Shown here one piece after another: positions 59,321 through 64,000 of a stretch of DNA of 64,000 nucleotides; within the stretch, counting starts at the first letter, position 1; the number at the start of each line of letters is the position of its first letter. Source of the DNA: a virus (Duplodnaviria; Caudoviricetes); IMG/VR virus record IMGVR_UViG_3300032275_000001, positions 45,995-109,994 of that record, one strand, 5' to 3'. Position numbers and translations under genes: made by a program. Under the pieces are notes generated by a model. The model was not told where the DNA came from. It did not search any database and saw only the letters and a list, made by a program, of their open reading frames with translations.

Positions 59321-59928
59321 TGTTTATAAAAAAGAACTACTTATACTTAATCATAGGTGTCTTACTTCTTGTAATACTGTTACAGAGATGTACATCTGGT
59401 GAACCCATTAAGCCTGTACCACCAACTGTCAAAATAGACACTGTATGGGTGAAACATGATAGTATTATATATTCTAAACCTAAGATAATTACAGTTATTA
59501 AAGGAGTTCCTGAGATACAATATGTACCAGATACATCTTATTCAAAACTTGTTATACAATACAAAAGCTTAGTTGATCTGTGTACAGCAAAGAATGTATA
59601 CTCAGATACATTGAAAATAGATTCTATTGGATATGTAAATGTTTTAGATACGATTTCAAAAAACAGGATACAAGGAAGAAGATTTAAGTATGACTTAAAG
59701 TATCCTGTAATTACTAAGACAATCACTCTTCAAGCACCTCCTAAAACACAAGTATATATAGGTGGAGGATTGCAAGGAAATCAATACAACATAGTTAATC
59801 AGTTTAGTGCAGGCCTACTGCTCAAGACTAAGAAAGATCAAATCTATGGAGTGTATACAGGAATGAATACAGATGGAAAAGTACAATATGGCTTACAAAG
59901 CTATTGGAAAATAAAATTAGGTAAGTGA
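59317..59928 (+). CDS. Membrane-anchored / lipoprotein lysis accessory (spanin-like)
   Basis: N-terminal hydrophobic stretch ending LLQRC; 'DTVW..HDSI' repeats; beta-strand C-terminus ending YWKIKLGK. Start at the ATGA overlap. Confidence 0.5.
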   Translation: MMFIKKNYLYLIIGVLLLVILLQRCTSGEPIKPVPPTVKIDTVWVKHDSIIYSKPKIITVIKGVPEIQYVPDTSYSKLVIQYKSLVDLCTAKNVYSDTLKIDSIGYVNVLDTISKNRIQGRRFKYDLKYPVITKTITLQAPPKTQVYIGGGLQGNQYNIVNQFSAGLLLKTKKDQIYGVYTGMNTDGKVQYGLQSYWKIKLGK

Positions 59929-60188
59929 TAAGACTATTTAAATACATAGAACCATTATGGTTAGGGACCAACAGTAAGATATCTATACGCAAAATCTTAT
60001 CGTTGGCTTTTTCTATTGATTTAATACGCAACATATCATATACAATACATAACTGGGAAATAGGTAAATCATATTCTGATGTAGCTATGTTACTAGGACT
60101 AGAGGCTGCTCTTATAGCTGCTCTACTATCACTCACCACATATTCAACTATGGTGGCAAATAAAAAATCAAATACAGAAATAGACTAA
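59925..60188 (+). CDS. Putative holin
   Basis: 87 aa, 'KISIRKILSLAF' plus a hydrophobic helix, immediately upstream of the endolysin. Confidence 0.5.
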   Translation: MIRLFKYIEPLWLGTNSKISIRKILSLAFSIDLIRNISYTIHNWEIGKSYSDVAMLLGLEAALIAALLSLTTYSTMVANKKSNTEID

Positions 60189-60604
60189 TGGTAACAAGTG
60201 CACAAGCTTTAAAGAAATACGGAGACCCAACTAAAGAATCTGGTATGACATTATGGGATGTACCAAAAGAATTAGAAATAGGCGTTCTACCTAAGAGATT
60301 ATATTGTAACAAAGATATGATCCTACCACTAACCAAAGCTTTTAAAAATCTCATATCTACAGGATGTGTTAAGGAATTAAAAACTTGGGATGGGTGTTTC
60401 AACATTCGTAAGAAAAGAGGACTTGCATCAATGTCTTTACATTCATGGGGAATAGCCATTGATGTAAACGCTGCATGGAATGGTTTAAACAAAGAACCAC
60501 AACTAAGTAAAGAGTTTGTTAATTGTTTTACATTAGCAGGATTTGATTGGGGAGGAATCTGGACAAGAAAAGATGGAATGCACTTCCAATTAAAAACTAT
60601 ATAA
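60188..60604 (+). CDS. Endolysin, peptidase M15 family
   Basis: R...SLHSWGIAIDVN...WGG.W...DGMHFQL motifs. Confidence 0.9.
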   Translation: MVTSAQALKKYGDPTKESGMTLWDVPKELEIGVLPKRLYCNKDMILPLTKAFKNLISTGCVKELKTWDGCFNIRKKRGLASMSLHSWGIAIDVNAAWNGLNKEPQLSKEFVNCFTLAGFDWGGIWTRKDGMHFQLKTI

Positions 60605-60607
60605 ACC

Positions 60608-60745
60608 ATGGCAAAACAAACCAATACAGTACAGAAGAGAGTGAAGGTTAAAGTGAGTAGACCAGGCATTCATTCTAAAAACAAAACATCAAAACTTAAA
60701 TCTTCCAAGAATTACAAAAAAAGTTATTCTGGGCAAGGTAGATAA
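60608..60745 (+). CDS. 45-aa highly basic peptide (not in ORF track)
   Basis: MAKQTNTVQKRVKVKVSRPGIHSKNKTSKLKSSKNYKKSYSGQGR. Confidence 0.6.
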   Translation: MAKQTNTVQKRVKVKVSRPGIHSKNKTSKLKSSKNYKKSYSGQGR

Positions 60746-60808
60746 CTTTTTTGATTATTTTAATTCATTAACAATTATGTATGTTTACATAAATTATTTA
60801 TATTTTTG
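60742..60808 (+). promoter_or_regulatory. Promoter with upstream ATAAC-N7-ATTAT box
   Basis: ATAACTTTTTTGATTAT 60742-60758 (16/17 identical to 14222-14238); TATTTTTG 60801-60808. Confidence 0.6.
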
Positions 60809-60832
60809 TAACTACCAAACAAACAATCAATT

Positions 60833-60973
60833 ATGGCAATACCAGCTAAACAAGTCGGCCAATCAGCAGAAGCAAATCTTTTGTGGCAAATATCTAAGCA
60901 GTTGGAACTTTTAATTAAAGTGACAGCAGCTAACAATCCTACTACCACTACCACTACCACTCCTGCCCCTTAA
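60833..60973 (+). CDS. 46-aa microprotein with poly-Thr tail (not in ORF track)
   Basis: MAIPAKQVGQSAEANLLWQISKQLELLIKVTAANNPTTTTTTTPAP. Confidence 0.7.
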   Translation: MAIPAKQVGQSAEANLLWQISKQLELLIKVTAANNPTTTTTTTPAP

Positions 60974-61006
60974 TTGCAAAATTAAAACATAATAAACCAA
61001 CTACAT

Positions 61007-62023
61007 ATGAAAGATTTAAAATTTGTGCAAGCTTGCCCAAGTGATGTATATTATACATGGCAAGTTCATTTATGGCTTGAAAGCTTAAGAAACATTGGAC
61101 ATAGTGATAAAGCTATATCAGTGATATTCACACCTAAGGGAAGAGAGAATAGAGACAAATGGAAACAGATAGAAGACCTCTATCCAGAATCAGAGTTTCA
61201 TTATTACAATGATGAAGACAATTTAAATCAACTACTAGGGATATATATCCCTGTACTAAGACCATATGTACTTTGGAAACATTTCAAAGCTAATCCAGAA
61301 CTAAGTGAGAAAGCAATATTCTATTGTGATTCAGATATTCTGTTCACTAAAGATTTCAATGTAGATGAGTTCTTAGATGATGATGTTAACTACCTATCAG
61401 ATACAAACAGCTACATCAATGCTACATATTTTGATAGTAAAATAAGAGATGTTCTCTCAGAGAAGCTAGAAGCATACAAAACAAGAGATGTTCTTGGAGA
61501 AATAGCTAGTGTTATTGGTATAGATAGAGCAACATGTGAAGCTAACAACCTACACTCAGGAGGAGCACAATATCTACTAAAGAATGTAGATGGTGAGTTC
61601 TGGAGTAAGGTGATGAATGATTGCATTCTTATTAGAACCTATTTACAAACAGTGAATAGAGAATATTTTAAAGATGAGAATACAGGATATCAATCATGGT
61701 GTGCAGATATGTGGGCTGTTCTTTGGAACTTATGGTTTAGAGAACAAGAAACAAAAGTGGTTCCTGAACTAGCATTCACCTGGGCAACAGATCCTATATC
61801 TAAACTAGACAGTCATACAATCTTTCATAATGCAGGAATAACAGGAGTATCAATGAATGGATATCCTTGTTTCTACAAAGGAAAATATCATCAAGGAACT
61901 GACCCTACAAAAGATCCACACTTAGATGATGTATTAAATAACACAGAATCACAGAAGTATTGCACATGGTTCTATGCAAATGAACTAAATAACATAAAAA
62001 ATAAATATAACCTTAATTATTAA
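61007..62023 (+). CDS. GT-A glycosyltransferase resembling plant peptidyl O-glycosyltransferases (HPAT / SGT1)
   Basis: YYTWQ, YIPVLRPYVLWKHF, YCDSDILF (DxD) and WCADMWA occur in the same order as the HPAT/SGT1 motifs. Confidence 0.7.
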   Translation: MKDLKFVQACPSDVYYTWQVHLWLESLRNIGHSDKAISVIFTPKGRENRDKWKQIEDLYPESEFHYYNDEDNLNQLLGIYIPVLRPYVLWKHFKANPELSEKAIFYCDSDILFTKDFNVDEFLDDDVNYLSDTNSYINATYFDSKIRDVLSEKLEAYKTRDVLGEIASVIGIDRATCEANNLHSGGAQYLLKNVDGEFWSKVMNDCILIRTYLQTVNREYFKDENTGYQSWCADMWAVLWNLWFREQETKVVPELAFTWATDPISKLDSHTIFHNAGITGVSMNGYPCFYKGKYHQGTDPTKDPHLDDVLNNTESQKYCTWFYANELNNIKNKYNLNY

Positions 62024-62028
62024 ATATC

Positions 62029-62433
62029 ATGAACAAACGTGACTTAAAAGCGTATTCACGCTTCGATGGAACTGGTAGAATTGTACCAGGAAGTACTGTA
62101 CTTAGACGTCAAAAACCTAAAGTGGGAAATTGGAAAGAAGTTCCAGCATATGAATGCTGTAATGATGTAACATTAACATTTACACCTTCTTCTCCAATAA
62201 TTAGCGATGTAACATTAAGACTTTTTTGTAATGGTACACAGATAAATTATTTGTATACACCAAGTGATTCTACTACTATTGAATCATTAGTTAATATATT
62301 AAATAATACATTTAATGTATTAGGAACATTTACAAATCCTAGTGGAAACATTATCCAACTAGTAATGAGTGGTGCACAAAAAACTGCACTATGTCCTGTA
62401 GGAACATTAACATTTGATGTTATTGCTGACTAA
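62029..62433 (+). CDS. Hypothetical protein whose N-terminal 45-aa domain is shared with the next ORF
   Basis: LKAY.RFDG.GR.V.GS..LR..KPKVG.W.E..AY.CCN followed by a variable beta domain. Confidence 0.65.
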   Translation: MNKRDLKAYSRFDGTGRIVPGSTVLRRQKPKVGNWKEVPAYECCNDVTLTFTPSSPIISDVTLRLFCNGTQINYLYTPSDSTTIESLVNILNNTFNVLGTFTNPSGNIIQLVMSGAQKTALCPVGTLTFDVIAD

Positions 62434-62446
62434 TTAAAAAAATAGG

Positions 62447-62620
62447 ATGAACAGTAGACCTTTAAAAGCTTATGTAAGATTTGATGGATCTGGACGTGTA
62501 GTCTCAGGTAGTCTTATATTGCGCAAAAACAAACCAAAGGTGGGTAAGTGGCAAGAGATTACAGCATATCAGTGTTGTAATCCAACCACTAGTACAACTA
62601 CAACATCACCAACACCTTAA
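62447..62620 (+). CDS. 57-aa paralog with Thr/Ser/Pro tail (not in ORF track)
   Basis: MNSRPLKAYVRFDGSGRVVSGSLILRKNKPKVGKWQEITAYQCCNPTTSTTTTSPTP. Confidence 0.75.
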   Translation: MNSRPLKAYVRFDGSGRVVSGSLILRKNKPKVGKWQEITAYQCCNPTTSTTTTSPTP

Positions 62621-62630
62621 CATTTAAACT

Positions 62631-63044
62631 ATGGCACTAAAATCACTATTCCCAGAAGAAATGATGGGAGATAAAGGTTCTAGTCTTACATTAGAGACTA
62701 TTGCAGGAAAGCTTACTCATATACAAGAACAATTGCATTTATTGCATTGGCAAACAACTAGTTATGCAGAGCATAAAGCTCTTGGAAAGTTGTATGAATA
62801 TGTACAGGATTTCAAAGATGGTGTGGTTGAGAAACTTATGGGATATACAGGTAAAAGACCTGGAGCTTATAAAATAGAACCTCTTGGTGGAGCAAATGCT
62901 ACATCTGTTGTTTCTGAACTTATGAGCTTTGCATCATCATTAAAAGCATATGGTGAAAAGAATTCCTATCACGATGTATGTAATCTTGCAGATAGTTTAT
63001 CTGGAGAAGCAGCTAAAACTAAATTCTTATTAACATTGTCATAA
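62631..63044 (+). CDS. Ferritin/Dps-like four-helix protein
   Basis: LHLLHWQT.SYAEHKALG.LYE....D..VE..MG motif. Confidence 0.75.
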   Translation: MALKSLFPEEMMGDKGSSLTLETIAGKLTHIQEQLHLLHWQTTSYAEHKALGKLYEYVQDFKDGVVEKLMGYTGKRPGAYKIEPLGGANATSVVSELMSFASSLKAYGEKNSYHDVCNLADSLSGEAAKTKFLLTLS

Positions 63045-63226
63045 TGAATGTAATTAGAAAAACTCCTACTAAAGCTAAAAAAGTAATAGATACAGAGACA
63101 AATATAATATTTGATACAATCAAAGATGCTGCATTAGCAAATAATATGACTAATTTTAATTTAAGAAATAGACTTATAGGTAAAGTTAAAAATAATACAA
63201 ATTTAAGATTATTAACTAATGAGTGA
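63044..63226 (+). mobile_element. Homing-endonuclease remnant (NUMOD1-like HTH only)
   Basis: AKKVIDTET..IFDTIKDAA....L.NRL.GK.KN.T; overlaps both neighbours. Confidence 0.6.
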
Positions 63227-63509
63227 GTTAATTAAAAAAGGATTCAATAAAATTGTTTCAGACAATGATGAAGTATTTTTAAGTCACTTAAAAGGATGTA
63301 TTGAAGGTATAGATGAGTTATGCAGTATTCAAATAACTAAACTTTCTAATAAAATAATTTTCAGAATAGCAGCAAGTCTTCCTAAGTATAACAATATGCT
63401 TATAGAAGAGATATTAAAGTTTTGTAACATGTTTAACATTAGAGTGGATATGAGCAAGAGCATCAAAACTAGTTCAGTAATAACATTTGAAATAAATTTG
63501 GAAGTGTAA
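63219..63509 (+). CDS. Hypothetical protein
   Basis: 96-aa ORF in operon. Confidence 0.55.
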   Translation: MSELIKKGFNKIVSDNDEVFLSHLKGCIEGIDELCSIQITKLSNKIIFRIAASLPKYNNMLIEEILKFCNMFNIRVDMSKSIKTSSVITFEINLEV

Positions 63510-63528
63510 CAAATTCTTTCTACATTTG
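63497..63528 (+). promoter_or_regulatory. Bacteroidota consensus promoter
   Basis: TTTG at 63497-63500 and TACATTTG at 63521-63528, upstream of ATG 63563. Confidence 0.65.
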
Positions 63529-63562
63529 TTACAATTATAAACCAATTAAATATTTTTACATT

Positions 63563-63817
63563 ATGGCAGAGTATAATCCTAATGCACGTTACACATGGAC
63601 TCCTGAAGACAAATTTGAATTATCAGGACAAGAATTTGGTCTATTCCTTAATATGGTAAGATCTTATTTAGCATCAGAAGATGGCGCACGTTTTCAATTA
63701 ATGTCTCAAGCTAATGAAACAATTGAGAAGATTATGAAAGCTGGTGTTGAAGCTGATGTTATTAAGGAAGTGTCAGACACTCCTATAGAAGCTCTAGAAG
63801 CTGAAGTTATGGAATAA
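63563..63817 (+). CDS. Hypothetical acidic protein
   Basis: 84-aa ORF with its own promoter and a downstream hairpin. Confidence 0.6.
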   Translation: MAEYNPNARYTWTPEDKFELSGQEFGLFLNMVRSYLASEDGARFQLMSQANETIEKIMKAGVEADVIKEVSDTPIEALEAEVME

Positions 63818-63874
63818 CACAATATAGCTGCTGGGTGACGAATAGCAGCTCTTTTCTAAAAAAAGCACTTCTCT

Positions 63875-64000
63875 ATGAGAATATACGAACCAAAGAATAG
63901 AATAGATGTTACAACACCCAAGGGAGAGGGAGTAATATTTCTTGTTACAGATTATGGAACGGAAACAGATACTATCTATACAATTATAATAAACACTACA
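63875..64000 (+). CDS. Hypothetical protein, runs off window end
   Basis: MRIYEPKNRIDVTTPKGEGVIFLVTDYGTETDTIYTIIINT... open to base 64000. Confidence 0.5.
   Translation, partial: MRIYEPKNRIDVTTPKGEGVIFLVTDYGTETDTIYTIIINTT

Noticed and set aside
60148-60669. 173-aa minus-strand ORF and the many other short antisense ORFs in the track
   Set aside because: They lie opposite well-supported genes and show no recognisable motifs or expression signals.
1-64000. Genome-wide stop-codon reassignment (TAG or TGA) as in some crAss-like phages
   Set aside because: Very long ORFs are intact in the standard code, TAG ends genes at 16281 and 51882, only one internal TAG was found, and no suppressor tRNA is seen.

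Overview
AT-rich, almost entirely + strand virion-morphogenesis region of a crAss-like (Crassvirales-type) podophage that most likely infects Bacteroidota. Host evidence is TTTG..TAnnTTT(G/A) promoters and AT-rich start regions lacking Shine-Dalgarno sites; the genetic code appears standard. Gene order: portal C-terminus, scaffold, major capsid protein, an initiator-type tRNA-Met plus structured RNA, ring/auxiliary-capsid/hub/fibre genes, HTH-metallophosphoesterase, HU/IHF-like, tail tube and a split muzzle/stabiliser, ejected cargo proteins (one with a kinase-like domain), a 3929-aa virion RNA polymerase (DFDID motif), a 2067-aa multidomain protein, a Gly-Thr-Ser repeat fibre, a BspA-like protein, glycosyltransferases, lysis genes and a ferritin-like gene. 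Two systems stand out. (1) A candidate phage-encoded protein O-glycosylation ('mucin coat') system: a plant HPAT/SGT1-like glycosyltransferase flanked by unannotated poly-Thr-tailed microproteins, a three-domain glycosyltransferase ending in an Aah/TibC-type protein O-heptosyltransferase, and poly-Thr or GTS tracts on at least eight putative virion proteins. (2) Five intronless homing-endonuclease-type insertions, at least two of which visibly supply the host gene with a recoded terminus while keeping the original terminus as their own. Also seen: an in-frame amber in a Thr-linker gene, two recurring upstream promoter motifs, and an anti-SD-like loop next to a tRNA-like fold. All family assignments come from motifs read by eye and recalled crAss-like synteny, not from database searches.
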